A stretch of DNA of 64,000 bases from a virus. Its lineage: Duplodnaviria > Heunggongvirae > Uroviricota > Caudoviricetes. The notes below the pieces were generated by a model that made no database searches, was not told where the DNA came from, and worked only from the letters and a program-made list of their open reading frames with translations. This document shows positions 26,191 to 38,066 of this stretch, piece by piece; the stretch's first letter is position 1; each line of letters opens with the position of its first letter. The DNA lies in IMG/VR virus record IMGVR_UViG_3300037424_001372, positions 32,001 through 96,000 of that record, one strand, 5' to 3'. The position numbers and the translations under genes were made by a program.

Positions 26191-29100
26191 TTAACCAATT
26201 CTTAATGAATTTGATGTGTTATTATACATAGCACTATGATTAACATTATTATCATTACTTATTGATAACGGTGTTGTTTGATTGTTTTCGATTAAACTTA
26301 AATCAATATCTAATCCAGTAAATGCTAATGGGCTAGTTACTCGTGGTATTGGATATTGTAATAATTTAGTACCTGAAAATGTTGTTGTCATTTTATTAGC
26401 AGTAATGTTATGTTCAACAGTTAAAATAATATAAGCACCATTAAACATTGGAATATTTTCTAATTGAAAATATTGTGTTGGTTGAATCATGGCATTACCC
26501 AATCCAGTAATACTTGCTTTATAAGACCTATTTTCATATAAATTATATAAGTTTTGTCCTTTAGGTACTTGAGCAGTTGGATTATTGTCACCAGCTAATC
26601 GAGATAATATTTGAATACTTTCATTAGTTTCGGGATATTCTTTACTGTCAATTTTAATATCAGTAAACATTGATTGATTTTGTTCACCAAATTTAACCCT
26701 AAAAGCGCGAACTTGTCTCCAAGGAAAATCAGATAAATTATTTTCTTGAGTGTCATTTTCAGTGTCTTGAGCCTCAGTTGGTTTGGTTGTATTAAAATCG
26801 CCAATACTCATTGTTCCCATATCGATAATCGAATCTGGTTCAAAACCATTGCCATGAATGGATGGGTAACTAGAAGTACCACCAACATACATACATACAA
26901 AATATGTGTTTTGAGCATCATCATATCCACCGGTATGTATTTTAAATGTGTCCATCCAACTATTGACATCATTGAATTTTAAAAAATTTTGAAGTGGGAA
27001 AAATTCAAAGCCATTTGCACTTAATAATTGTGATAATACTGAATATAAGCTTACATTAGGGTCTTCATATAAATCAACCAACATTTCAGCATTTATCATC
27101 GTATCACCAATAGGATTCATACCTCTATCAACAAAAGCAAACATATCGATTAATTTTTTACCTTGACCATTAAATGGGAATCCTGTTGGATTTAAATTAC
27201 CTCCTGTTAACCATTTATCATTAATATTTTTAAACGAATAATATAATTGATTTATAACATCCTTGTCACCCTTACTTTTTTTAGCTGCCTCATCCTTTTC
27301 TTTTAAATCTTTTAAATATATTTTACAATATGAATCTAATGCAATGAAAAATTTTTGAAAAAAATTATCATTAATATTTTTTTTCTGATTATTATCATTT
27401 TGTGTTTTTAACGATATATAATTAATCGGATATGTATCATTAGTTTTAAATGTTATGTCAGATAAATTAAGTAATGTTGTTCTTTCCATTAAACTTGTAA
27501 TAATATTACTTCTACTACCTTTACCAATAGCATTATCATTAACTAATGTATCATTTGAACCAGTATTTGGATCAAGGTAATATCTTATGCCAACAGAAAT
27601 ATTTTGAAACATTCTAGTACTGCCAATTGAATAATTTTTTGCTTGTTCGTATACGTGATTGATGTCGGATGCTAAATCATCATAATCACCATTAATAAAC
27701 TCACTATAATAATTTTGAAAAAAATCTTTATCTTTTACCGATAAAAAATGATTAACATCATGTAAATCGGCCAATATATAATAACCACCATTTGATAGAT
27801 TAGCTGCTGTCGAACCAGTACAAAAGTCAATAATATCGTTTTCCCAATTATTTCTAACTGCATCAACTAATAAACCTATATACGATATATAGAAAAAAGG
27901 TACTTCAATTGCTGAAGGAGTATCAAAAACTAGACTACTTAAATTATTGGGATAAGTATTAAAAGGGCTTGCGGTTGTACCAAAATTAGATAATATTAAC
28001 AACGAACCCATGTGACGATTTTCGTTAATTTTTTCAATTGTTTCATCGTTTAACGAATCCATCCAAACATCTAAAATATTTTTACCTTGTTTTAATAACG
28101 ATCTATCTCTACTGTTATTGGTTGTGAAAGCAGAATTACCACTATAATATGGGATCATAATTGTTTCACCATAATTATAAACATATTCATCAGCAGATTT
28201 TTTGGGAAAATTGGAATTATAGCGAGTTATACTAACACCATTATTTGTTGAAGTATGTGTTGAGTAATCTCCCACCAAATATCTTGTATTCGTAATAATA
28301 CCGTTAATATTATCATCATAACCATCATCACTATTATGATCTCTTAAATATAATACATTTTCGTTTGTGAATTGATAAATCAATTCTTCTGCTGATTTAC
28401 CTCTTCCAAATATAGTTTTATACCAATTTCTAGTTGCATCATAACGAAATTTTTTAACTATGTCTTGAGAATTTGAATCTGAATCTTCAACAGGTTGTAA
28501 ATCAATATTTTTATCAGTTAATAATACGCCTTTAAAATTAATATCATTTTTATTAACATAAATATTGCCTTCAGTCGGTGTTAATGAAAAACTTAATGGA
28601 TTATCATTATTAAAATTATATAAATTACCCGCATCACCATCTGTCAATTTATTTAAATAATTATCATAAAAACTTTGAATATTATTTTTATATTTATTCG
28701 AAAAATCAATTAACATATCACCATCTCTTTTTTTTACAATACCTTTCACAATATTAAGAGCTTCTGATTTTGAATATAATTCGAGATACGCCTTAGATTT
28801 TTCATTTTCATTACTATAGAAATTAGTAGATAAAAATCCTTGGCTCAACATATAAAATCTCTTGATAAATGTTTTAAAAATATCGTCAACAACATTATCA
28901 CTCATATTAGTATATGGTGTTTCAGGTGAAATATTGCTCAAACTTGAATCATATGGTGAAATAGGTATCCATTCATATGTTCCGTCATCATTTTGATTTT
29001 CTCTAGCATTAAATCTAAATAAATTATTTTTTTGTAGTTGGAATGTATCAATAAAATCATAAATTAAATTCATTTCAGGGAATTCTACGACTTTTGACAA

Positions 29101-30804
29101 TTCTATTGGTGCAACTCTTTCATTTTTTCTACCTCCGAAAACAGGACTGTCTTCAATAATCAATGGAAATGAATATATTTTATCTGGAATTCCATTGGCA
29201 GATATATTACCATCAACGCCATTATTATATCCGATAATAGCTTGTTTATTTTCTGAAATATTATGTGAATTAAATGCTTTTTCGGAAGTATTTCTCATTA
29301 TTGTAAATAAGTCATCAACATCATTTAAAATGATTTTAAATATGTTATAAATGGTAGGTTTCATACCTAATCCAGTTGTGATCATATTATTAATCTTATT
29401 ATTTAAATTATTTGCTAATTTTATTTTATTTTCTTCCAACTCATGTTTTTTCTTATAAAGTTTTTGATAATATTTACTAATATCAACAACATAATATTCG
29501 GTTTCCACATTTTCATTTGTTTCAACATTATAACCATTTAATATTGAAGTTGCTTTAATTATATCTTCTTGTTTAAATTCAATTGAAGATATTTTATAAT
29601 TCAATAATTTATCTCTAAAAGAATTTAATGTGATTTCAAAAGAGCTAAGATTTTTGGTAGAATATTGGTATGGGTTTGCAACAGGTAATATTTTATTCAT
29701 ATAATCAGGAAATACATAATCTTCCGATGTTAATGCAATATTTGTTGATGATATGAATCCTAATAATAATTTATCGTTTATAGTTGTTTTTAATCCACCA
29801 GTTTTTTCATCTGAAATTAATTTTTTATATTCATTAACATTATTAGTAATTTTAATTTGATTATTTTCACCTGCACGAGTAGCTGTTGTAGTTGTACTGG
29901 TATTGCTTTCGGGTGATTGGATTAATAAATAAGGAGTATTAACACTATTTAAATCATCATTTTCTTTAATTGCAGTATGATTAAAATTATATAATATTTG
30001 ATTAATATTATCAATATCATTTACAGCATGTTGATATTCTTTATTTTCAATATCAGTTTCTAATTTTTCCGATAATGAAGAATATAAATTTTTTAATTTT
30101 AATATTAAAGCATAAGTGTTTTGAGGTTCAGTACCTGCTTTAGCATCGACTGATTCTGGGTTTGTTATTAATGGGAAATTAATGGCATATCTAAACAAAA
30201 TGTCGGCCAACGGTGCAAAAGTCAGTGCAACAAATTTAGCATCAATAATAAAATTACCATTATTTGAATTAAATTCTGATGTATATTTAACTAAATGTAG
30301 TTTATATGTCAAAGGTTTTCCATAATAACCTTTAAAAGTTAATGTGAAAATTGGTGGTGGAAAATCAAATAACATTCTATACGGTGAATCTTTTTCATTA
30401 AAAAATGACAAACCACGAATATCAACAAATTTTATGTCAATTTGAGGGACGAATGAAGAATTTATGGTAATTTTAATATTATCAATACCAAATCCTTCAT
30501 AATTCATTCCATTACCAGTACTCCCGTCATAATAATTTGTAGTAAAATTTAAATAATTAGGATTATTTTTATCATCATCTTGATTATTACCTAAAAAATT
30601 AATTTTTTTAGGACTTGTACTTGAAGTATCTTGACCTTTAATAATAGTTGTTCTCCCTTTACTTTCCGCAGTAAGTTCTGCAAAAATATACATATCTTCA
30701 TATTTTGGTATACCATAATACAAATTAGTGTTTATGTTAATGCAATTAGGGTCTATTAATATTACATTGCCATTAGTAATTGGGTTACAATCAATAATAC
30801 TCAT
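26191..30804 (-). CDS. Large virion protein, probable baseplate hub
   Basis: 1537 aa; C-terminal GNAMIQP..FNGAYIILTVEHNI hub-like motif; next to SLT. Confidence 0.55.
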   Translation of the reverse strand: MSIIDCNPITNGNVILIDPNCININTNLYYGIPKYEDMYIFAELTAESKGRTTIIKGQDTSSTSPKKINFLGNNQDDDKNNPNYLNFTTNYYDGSTGNGMNYEGFGIDNIKITINSSFVPQIDIKFVDIRGLSFFNEKDSPYRMLFDFPPPIFTLTFKGYYGKPLTYKLHLVKYTSEFNSNNGNFIIDAKFVALTFAPLADILFRYAINFPLITNPESVDAKAGTEPQNTYALILKLKNLYSSLSEKLETDIENKEYQHAVNDIDNINQILYNFNHTAIKENDDLNSVNTPYLLIQSPESNTSTTTTATRAGENNQIKITNNVNEYKKLISDEKTGGLKTTINDKLLLGFISSTNIALTSEDYVFPDYMNKILPVANPYQYSTKNLSSFEITLNSFRDKLLNYKISSIEFKQEDIIKATSILNGYNVETNENVETEYYVVDISKYYQKLYKKKHELEENKIKLANNLNNKINNMITTGLGMKPTIYNIFKIILNDVDDLFTIMRNTSEKAFNSHNISENKQAIIGYNNGVDGNISANGIPDKIYSFPLIIEDSPVFGGRKNERVAPIELSKVVEFPEMNLIYDFIDTFQLQKNNLFRFNARENQNDDGTYEWIPISPYDSSLSNISPETPYTNMSDNVVDDIFKTFIKRFYMLSQGFLSTNFYSNENEKSKAYLELYSKSEALNIVKGIVKKRDGDMLIDFSNKYKNNIQSFYDNYLNKLTDGDAGNLYNFNNDNPLSFSLTPTEGNIYVNKNDINFKGVLLTDKNIDLQPVEDSDSNSQDIVKKFRYDATRNWYKTIFGRGKSAEELIYQFTNENVLYLRDHNSDDGYDDNINGIITNTRYLVGDYSTHTSTNNGVSITRYNSNFPKKSADEYVYNYGETIMIPYYSGNSAFTTNNSRDRSLLKQGKNILDVWMDSLNDETIEKINENRHMGSLLILSNFGTTASPFNTYPNNLSSLVFDTPSAIEVPFFYISYIGLLVDAVRNNWENDIIDFCTGSTAANLSNGGYYILADLHDVNHFLSVKDKDFFQNYYSEFINGDYDDLASDINHVYEQAKNYSIGSTRMFQNISVGIRYYLDPNTGSNDTLVNDNAIGKGSRSNIITSLMERTTLLNLSDITFKTNDTYPINYISLKTQNDNNQKKNINDNFFQKFFIALDSYCKIYLKDLKEKDEAAKKSKGDKDVINQLYYSFKNINDKWLTGGNLNPTGFPFNGQGKKLIDMFAFVDRGMNPIGDTMINAEMLVDLYEDPNVSLYSVLSQLLSANGFEFFPLQNFLKFNDVNSWMDTFKIHTGGYDDAQNTYFVCMYVGGTSSYPSIHGNGFEPDSIIDMGTMSIGDFNTTKPTEAQDTENDTQENNLSDFPWRQVRAFRVKFGEQNQSMFTDIKIDSKEYPETNESIQILSRLAGDNNPTAQVPKGQNLYNLYENRSYKASITGLGNAMIQPTQYFQLENIPMFNGAYIILTVEHNITANKMTTTFSGTKLLQYPIPRVTSPLAFTGLDIDLSLIENNQTTPLSISNDNNVNHSAMYNNTSNSLRIG

Positions 30805-31001
30805 ATTTTTTTCTCATAAATACATAAATAAAATTTGTGTATTAGATATTGAACGAAACTAATTTATTTTTATAAATAAAAATATAATAAAATTACAAAT
30901 GACATGGGAGTTATTATATTTTTTTATAGATATGAATATTATAATATTATCCAAATAATAAAATTAATATTTCAACTATTTATATCAAAAGAATTTAATT
31001 C

Positions 31002-32846
31002 ATGTTAAATAAACAATTAAGTAAAATATTACAAAAAGGTGACACGGGTTTTGGGATTTTAATTGAAAGTGATGCAGGGTATATTAATTATGATACAAAT
31101 AAAGATATTTTAAATGAAGCATTTGAATTAAAACCTAATGAACCAGTATTAATAAATTGTATTTTACAAAAATGGGGAGTTAAAAACAAAAACGGTAGGA
31201 TTTATCCTAAAGATGTTTTATTGTCACAAGCTAATTTATATCAAGATTTAGTCAATACAAACAGTGCTGTTTCCGAAGCTGATCATCCTGATTGTGTAAA
31301 TGCTTCTGAATCAATGATATGTACTAAAGACGGGTGGAAATCATTTGATGAAATTTCTGATGATGAGGAAATTTTAACATTAAATACCACTACCAATAAA
31401 ATTGAAATACAAAGAATTGAAAAGAAAATATATGAACCTTATAAAGGTAAGATGTATAAATTCAAAAATAAAAACACTCTTGAGCTAACAGTAACACCAA
31501 ATCATAGATTTTTGGTTGAAGATTCGAAAGGTGATAAAAAATATTATTTTGCTAAAGAAATTTATGATGATAAAAATGGTGTTTTATCTAATGGAAAGAA
31601 TAAATTACTTAAAACAGCAGAATGGAATGGTGAATATAATGATTTTTTCACACTTAAAGGTATTGATTTAAATGATTTGGTTGTTAGGAAAAAAGATTTA
31701 AGAGAAAAATATTCTTCAGACATTCAAATAAAATCACAAGATTGGTTCGCTTTTTTAGGAATTTATCTGGCTGATGGTCATTCATGTGGAACAATATCTG
31801 GGAAAGAAAAATCACGAGGATATAATGTGGTTATAACACAAAAAAAACCAAAAACCCAAATAGCTATCGAAGAATTATTAGATAAATTACCTTTTGAATA
31901 TTATATAATTGAATATGTTGATGGTAAAAAACAATATCATATTCATGATGCAAGACTATATAAATATTTATCTGTTTTGGGGTCTTCAGCTACTAAATAT
32001 ATACCAACCGAAATAAAACAAGCAAATAAAGAACTACTTGAAATATTATTTAAATGGTTTATGATTGGTGACGGTAGATCGGTAATTTCTAAAAATCCTA
32101 CTTGGAGTAAGAAGGAATCAGTATTCTCAACATCAAAAAAATTAATTTATGACTTGAAAGAAATTTTATTGAAGATTGGTGGGTCTGGGGATATTACCAA
32201 ATATCAACCTAAAGATAGAATATTTGCGGGGAGACTGATCAAAGCAGAGAATAGTCAATTATTATATAATTTAAATATTGCAAAAACTAAGCACATTTAT
32301 TTAGATAAAAGAAATGTTGAAATAACAGAAATTGATTTTGATGATTATATTGGGTGTGTTAGAGTTCCTAATGGAAATTTTTATGTTATGGTAAATGGTA
32401 AATCTCATTGGACCGGTAATTCTTCAATTATTTCACTACAAAACATATCACATATGATCACTAAAATGTGGTGGGGTAAGGGTCAACAAGAAAATGTTTT
32501 ATTTGGGCAATTAAAACTCATAGTATCTCCCGGATTTATAAAATATGGTGTGGTTTCAGTTATTGGTGATAAAATAGTTTTGTATTTACAAAATAAAATA
32601 AGATTAGGTATTTCATCACGTGGTGTTGGAACATTAAAAGAAATTAATGGTGAGAATTTGGTTCAAGATGATTTTGAATTAATTGGATTTGATTTAGTTG
32701 CGACACCAAGTACTCCCGGGGCATTTTTATTTCCTGAAAAAAACGTAAATATCAGTTTTGGTGAGAATTACGTTAATAAAAATAGTGTGTTAATTAAAGA
32801 AGATGATAATAAAATAATTAAGGCGATTAACAAATTTATTTTATAA
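31002..32846 (+). CDS. Prohead protease (T4 gp21-like) with intein
   Basis: NKNGRIYP, EADHP, GISSRGVG, FDLVATPSTPGA. Confidence 0.93.
   Translation: MLNKQLSKILQKGDTGFGILIESDAGYINYDTNKDILNEAFELKPNEPVLINCILQKWGVKNKNGRIYPKDVLLSQANLYQDLVNTNSAVSEADHPDCVNASESMICTKDGWKSFDEISDDEEILTLNTTTNKIEIQRIEKKIYEPYKGKMYKFKNKNTLELTVTPNHRFLVEDSKGDKKYYFAKEIYDDKNGVLSNGKNKLLKTAEWNGEYNDFFTLKGIDLNDLVVRKKDLREKYSSDIQIKSQDWFAFLGIYLADGHSCGTISGKEKSRGYNVVITQKKPKTQIAIEELLDKLPFEYYIIEYVDGKKQYHIHDARLYKYLSVLGSSATKYIPTEIKQANKELLEILFKWFMIGDGRSVISKNPTWSKKESVFSTSKKLIYDLKEILLKIGGSGDITKYQPKDRIFAGRLIKAENSQLLYNLNIAKTKHIYLDKRNVEITEIDFDDYIGCVRVPNGNFYVMVNGKSHWTGNSSIISLQNISHMITKMWWGKGQQENVLFGQLKLIVSPGFIKYGVVSVIGDKIVLYLQNKIRLGISSRGVGTLKEINGENLVQDDFELIGFDLVATPSTPGAFLFPEKNVNISFGENYVNKNSVLIKEDDNKIIKAINKFIL
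31293..32420 (+). mobile_element. Intein with LAGLIDADG endonuclease in prohead protease
   Basis: CVNASE...VTPNHRF...FLGIYLADG...WTGN|S. Confidence 0.88.
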
Positions 32847-32977
32847 ATGATCTGTTTTTTTTTATAAAAACATTAATAATAAGAAAATTAGCATTGTTTT
32901 TATAAAAAATAACACTTTTTCATAAAAACAATGTATTTATAATAAAATTATTTTCTAATTGATAAGATTTTTTAAAA

Positions 32978-34513
32978 ATGAGTAACGATAATAAGACATC
33001 AATCATAAAAGAAGCTCTTCTTGAGTATTCTCAAATTCAGGAAGCTGCTGTTGCAAATGCAAAAAAAAATTTAGCTGATAATTATCCAGATAAATTTAAT
33101 GAACTATTAAAGGAAGAAATGAATAAAAATAAAAGGTCATATAAAAAAATTGACGAACCTAAAGATAATGATATTTCAAATAATGAACCAGATATGAAAA
33201 ATCAAAACGATGTTTCAAAAAAAGTTGTGAAAGAAAATGCTGGCAAAGACGGTGTTTTTACAGACAAACCGAAAATGCCTGATATGGTTAAAGAAGAACG
33301 TGAAAAAGAATTTATGGGTGATGTTGAGAATGACACTCCTAATCAGGGTAAAGGTGATGCTGAGAAAGGTAACGTTTTTACTGATAAAATTAAAACAAAG
33401 AAAGACACTCTTGCCAATAAAACATCAATCAAAGAAGAATTTAACATAACTGAACTTAATGAAGAAGATTTTAATAATGCTTTAGATAGTGCCGAAGAAG
33501 ATGATGAAATTATCACAATGAATGAAATTGAAGAAGAAATCCAAGGAATGGAAAATCTTGGTGAGGAACTAGATGGTATGGGTAATTTACCCCGTCCAGA
33601 ACTTGAAGATTTTGGTGTTCCTAAAGGTCAGAGTGGTGATGCATATTCCCAATTAATTAAAATGAGAAAACAACTTGATGAAATGATTAATTCAATGGGA
33701 GGTGTTGTTGAACAAAAAAATCATGGAGGTGCAGGTGCTAATAATGTAAATCTTGGAGGACCTTCACGATCAATGATTGATGAAATTGGTGATGACGAAA
33801 CAATTACAGATGCTGATATTGAAGCAGCTCTAGGGGAAGCATATGAATTATATGACGAAAAAGGTAATGAAGTTTCAAGTTTACCCGATGAAATTGAAAT
33901 GGATGAGGCACATGGTGTAACATATGGTAATAGAAGAAACACAATCGGTAGACATACTCCATCACCAGACTATTTAAGTAAAGGTGAATTAGATCAATCA
34001 CCCGAATATGTACAAGAATCTCAAAAAAAGATTAGTGGTTTAATTAAAGAGAACAAGAGTTTGACAAAAAAATTAAACGAAACTAAAAAATATAAGCAGT
34101 CAGTGACTACGTTAGTAGAACAATACAAGTCTGCGCTTGAAAAGTATCGCAATCAATTAAAAGAGATGGCGACTTTTAACACCAATTTAGCTCATGTTAA
34201 CAATTTACTTGTAAATGAAAGTCTAAATTTGACTCAAGAAGATAAAATTAAGATTATCAATGAGTTTAAAAAAGTAAACACAATTGCCGAATCGCAGGAA
34301 AAGTATAAAACTATGTTATCAGAAATGACGATAAGTAAAAAGACTTTAACTGAAAGTATTGAAGGTAGGGTAAGTGCTTCCGTATCACCATCTTCAAAAC
34401 AAAAATTGGATGAAGCAAAAGAAGTAACTGCATATACAAATGATAATCATCTTAATAAGATGAAAAAAATAATTGAATATGTGGAACATAGAGGAAGTAA
34501 AAAAATAATTTAA
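32978..34513 (+). CDS. Prohead scaffolding/core protein
   Basis: Acidic with coiled-coil C-terminus; between protease and capsid genes. Confidence 0.75.
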   Translation: MSNDNKTSIIKEALLEYSQIQEAAVANAKKNLADNYPDKFNELLKEEMNKNKRSYKKIDEPKDNDISNNEPDMKNQNDVSKKVVKENAGKDGVFTDKPKMPDMVKEEREKEFMGDVENDTPNQGKGDAEKGNVFTDKIKTKKDTLANKTSIKEEFNITELNEEDFNNALDSAEEDDEIITMNEIEEEIQGMENLGEELDGMGNLPRPELEDFGVPKGQSGDAYSQLIKMRKQLDEMINSMGGVVEQKNHGGAGANNVNLGGPSRSMIDEIGDDETITDADIEAALGEAYELYDEKGNEVSSLPDEIEMDEAHGVTYGNRRNTIGRHTPSPDYLSKGELDQSPEYVQESQKKISGLIKENKSLTKKLNETKKYKQSVTTLVEQYKSALEKYRNQLKEMATFNTNLAHVNNLLVNESLNLTQEDKIKIINEFKKVNTIAESQEKYKTMLSEMTISKKTLTESIEGRVSASVSPSSKQKLDEAKEVTAYTNDNHLNKMKKIIEYVEHRGSKKII

Positions 34514-34537
34514 TAAAAAAATAAAATAAATAATAAT

Positions 34538-36226
34538 ATGGGATTTTTAATGGAAAGTGCCGAAGTTGGTAATATTGGATTAAAACAACTTCGTGAACAA
34601 AGAGAAATCACTACAAACCGTTGGGAAAAGATTGGTTTGTTAGAAGGTTTGGAAGGTAATGTTAGAGAAAACTGTGCTCAATTATTTGAGAATCAGTTGA
34701 CACATATGATTAACGAATCGTCAGATTCATCTAATAGCGGTCAATTTGAAACAGTTGCGTTTCCTGTAATCCGTAGGGTTTTTGCCAAATTATTGGCAAA
34801 TGATATTGTATCTGTACAAGCACTTAACTTACCTATTGGTAAATTATATTTTATTAACCCTAAAACTTCTGTAAGGGTTGATTCAACTACTGCTCCTTGG
34901 GCTGAACAAGCTAACGGTTATCATACTTCACCTGACGGTGCTTATGGTAATGCTGCTGATAAAGTTGCCAATCAAAAAACTATGTTCGAATCTCGTTCAT
35001 TATATGATGCATTTTATGCTACTAAATATGATGACGAAGGAACTTCATTGTTTGATAATTCAAAAGGTGATATTACTACAGTAACTGCCAGTACCACTGC
35101 TTCAACATATGTACTTGGTACTGATAAATATGTCACATTAAATGTTGGCGGTATTTATAGTACTTCTGAAGGTAAATTAGTTGGTCCTACAGGTGTCCCA
35201 ATGGATACTGAATCGTTTCTTGCCGGCTTAAAGGTTGTTGCAAATATCGATTTAACTGCTCCATCTCCCTACGCTGCTGAAGGTATTACTGCTGGTGAAA
35301 ATATTCCTTGTAATGTAAAGTATCAAAAATATGGTCAAGCCATTGTTAGTAAAGAAGGTGTTTTAACAATTCTTGCTGACTTAACTTATGCTGGTGCTGA
35401 TGGTTATCAGCCATTATCAGGTACAACCGGACTTACTTTTACCGTAACATATAAAACTTATTCAGACCTTGAAGAAGATTCAAGAATGGCTGAAGTAACG
35501 TTCCAATTAGATCAAGTTACTGTTTCAGTAGAAACTCGTAAAATGCGTGCTATGTGGACACCAGAATTAGCGCAAGATGTTTCTGCATTCCATAACATAG
35601 ATGCCGAAGCAGAATTAACTGCTTTATTGTCAGAACAAATGGCTGCTGAAATTGACCGTGAAATTCTTCGTGACCTTCGTAAAGGTGCTGCTTGGACTGC
35701 TCGTTGGGATTATAATGGTTTGCGTAAAGGAACTAACACTTATTATGGTGTGCAGAAAGACTGGAATCAGACTTTGGTAACTAAAATTAACCAAATCTCT
35801 GCTCAAATCCACAAAGCCACTCTTCGTGGTGGTGCATCTTGGATTGTAGTTTCTCCTGAAGTAAGTGCCGTATTTGATGATCTCGAATATTTCCATGTAT
35901 CAAATGCTGCTCCTGAACAAGATAAATATAACATGGGTATTGAGAAAATCGGTACTTTAAGTGGTCGTTATCTTGTATATCGTGACCCATATTCACCGGC
36001 AAACACGGTTCTTATTGGCCATAAAGGTACTAGCATCCTTGAGACCGGTTACATATATGCACCATTCGTGCCAATGCAATTAACTCCTGTAATGTATAAC
36101 CCATTTGATTTCACACCTATTCGTGGTATCATGACCAGATACGCTAAGAAAATGGTGCTTAACCGTTACTATGGACGTATTTATTGCGATGGTCTCCAAA
36201 CTTTTGGTATTGGTGATTTACAATAA
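34538..36226 (+). CDS. Major capsid protein (T4 gp23-like)
   Basis: WTPELAQDV.AFH.IDAEAEL...EIDREIL; YIYAPFVPM; RGIMTRY. Confidence 0.96.
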   Translation: MGFLMESAEVGNIGLKQLREQREITTNRWEKIGLLEGLEGNVRENCAQLFENQLTHMINESSDSSNSGQFETVAFPVIRRVFAKLLANDIVSVQALNLPIGKLYFINPKTSVRVDSTTAPWAEQANGYHTSPDGAYGNAADKVANQKTMFESRSLYDAFYATKYDDEGTSLFDNSKGDITTVTASTTASTYVLGTDKYVTLNVGGIYSTSEGKLVGPTGVPMDTESFLAGLKVVANIDLTAPSPYAAEGITAGENIPCNVKYQKYGQAIVSKEGVLTILADLTYAGADGYQPLSGTTGLTFTVTYKTYSDLEEDSRMAEVTFQLDQVTVSVETRKMRAMWTPELAQDVSAFHNIDAEAELTALLSEQMAAEIDREILRDLRKGAAWTARWDYNGLRKGTNTYYGVQKDWNQTLVTKINQISAQIHKATLRGGASWIVVSPEVSAVFDDLEYFHVSNAAPEQDKYNMGIEKIGTLSGRYLVYRDPYSPANTVLIGHKGTSILETGYIYAPFVPMQLTPVMYNPFDFTPIRGIMTRYAKKMVLNRYYGRIYCDGLQTFGIGDLQ

Positions 36227-36249
36227 CAGATATTGTAACATGAATTTTG

Positions 36250-36280
36250 AAAGACTCACTAAACTAGTGAGTCTTTTTTT
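36250..36280 (+). terminator. Intrinsic terminator
   Basis: AAAGACTCACT-AAACT-AGTGAGTC followed by T7. Confidence 0.85.
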
Positions 36281-36381
36281 GTTATAATAACTTAAAATAA
36301 TTTTACCCCTTTTTATGGTTTATTATCCAATCTCTAGTATTTATTTAAAAGATTAATTATATTTGCATTATATTTTTTTTT

Positions 36382-38010
36382 ATGAAAAAACTAGAAATAT
36401 CTGAAGGGAGTAGAACCGAGATTTATAATAAATATTGTTCGGGAATTTCAATGAATAAAATCGTAAATGATTCGGGTTATTCATTCACTGTAGTTCAAAA
36501 ATTAATTAATTCATTCGATTATGAAAATCAACTAAAAACTAATTATCCACAAAAAGACGGATATTATATAATTGCAGTTTGTAATCAAACACAAAAAGAA
36601 ATAAGTGATTATAAAAATGAATCTGGAGCAATTACTGAACATATTTTTAGATTATATTCAGAAGAAGCGAAAAATAGTAAATATATTCGTAAATCAAAAG
36701 AATATAAAACGGGCAAGTTTTGGTATGACCAATATTTCACATTTAAATACGAAAGAATAAGAGAAGTAAAAAAATGTTACTATTGTGATTGGACTACCGA
36801 AGATATTAATAACTTATCTGGTGCGTATGAAAAACATTTATTATTAATTCACAATAAAACCATTGAAAATTATTTAATTGATAATATTACAGATGCTACT
36901 TATTTTAAACATTTAACTCCTGACGATGCAATTACGTGTGCTATTTGTGGAGAAAAATTACGAATATTAAATGATAAGCATTTAAGTAGGCATAATATAA
37001 CTGTTGATAATTATAAATTAAAATATTCTGATTTAATCGTTTCGCCAAGTACTCATATAAAATTAAGTTCTTCGGTTAAGATAACTAATCAAAACATGAC
37101 ATTTTCAAAAACATCTAAAGGTGAAAATGAGGTAAAGGATTTTTTATTTAATAATGGTGTTATTGTAAAACAATCAACAAGAAAATTATTAGATGGCATT
37201 GAAATCGATTTATTTCTTCCTGATTATAACATAGGCATTGAATATAATGGTAATTTATATCATACGGAAAATTATGGGAAAAAGGGTTTTAATTATCATC
37301 TAAATAAAACAAAAGTAGCGACAGATAAGAAGATTAAATTATTTCACATTTTCGAGGATGAATGGCATTTAAGAAATGAGATTGTAAAAAATAAATTATT
37401 ACACATTTTAAATAAAAATTATTCAACAAAACTACATGCGAGAAAATGTAACATAACTGAAATTAATAAAGATATTAAATCCAAGTTTTTAGAAAAGTAT
37501 CATATTCAAGGGGATGACCGTTCAAATTATTTTTTGGGAGCATATTATAATGAAACACTTATTGCTGTAATGTCATTTAATAATAATAGAAATTTAAATA
37601 AAGAAAAAAATCATTCAGATGACACATATGAACTTACAAGATACTGTACAAATAGTGATTATATTATCAATGGCATTGCTTCTAAACTATTAAAATTTTT
37701 TATTTTAAATAAAAAACCAAAAAAAATAATAAGTTTTGCAGATAGACGATGGACACCATTATTTAATAATAATTTATACACTAATTTGGGATTTGATTTA
37801 ACTAAAATATTAAAACCCGATTACACATATTTCAATAAAAAAGCACATCGAAGCAAAAGATTACATAAGTTTGGATTCGGGAAAAATGCGATTAAAAAAA
37901 GATTTCCTGAAATATATAACGAAAACAAAACTGAATGGGAGATGATGCAAGAATTGGGGTATGATAGAATATGGGATTGTGGAAAATTTAAGTATGAATT
38001 AAATTTATAA
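36382..38010 (+). CDS. Free-standing nuclease: Zn fingers, PD-(D/E)XK-like domain, GNAT-like domain (Hef-like)
   Basis: EIDLFLPDYNIGIEYNG; YELTRYC...ASKLL...ISFADRR...RIWDCG. Confidence 0.75.
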   Translation: MKKLEISEGSRTEIYNKYCSGISMNKIVNDSGYSFTVVQKLINSFDYENQLKTNYPQKDGYYIIAVCNQTQKEISDYKNESGAITEHIFRLYSEEAKNSKYIRKSKEYKTGKFWYDQYFTFKYERIREVKKCYYCDWTTEDINNLSGAYEKHLLLIHNKTIENYLIDNITDATYFKHLTPDDAITCAICGEKLRILNDKHLSRHNITVDNYKLKYSDLIVSPSTHIKLSSSVKITNQNMTFSKTSKGENEVKDFLFNNGVIVKQSTRKLLDGIEIDLFLPDYNIGIEYNGNLYHTENYGKKGFNYHLNKTKVATDKKIKLFHIFEDEWHLRNEIVKNKLLHILNKNYSTKLHARKCNITEINKDIKSKFLEKYHIQGDDRSNYFLGAYYNETLIAVMSFNNNRNLNKEKNHSDDTYELTRYCTNSDYIINGIASKLLKFFILNKKPKKIISFADRRWTPLFNNNLYTNLGFDLTKILKPDYTYFNKKAHRSKRLHKFGFGKNAIKKRFPEIYNENKTEWEMMQELGYDRIWDCGKFKYELNL

Positions 38011-38066
38011 AAAGTTGAAATATTCTAACATCTTTTTATATGTTATATAATATTAATAATCAATAA

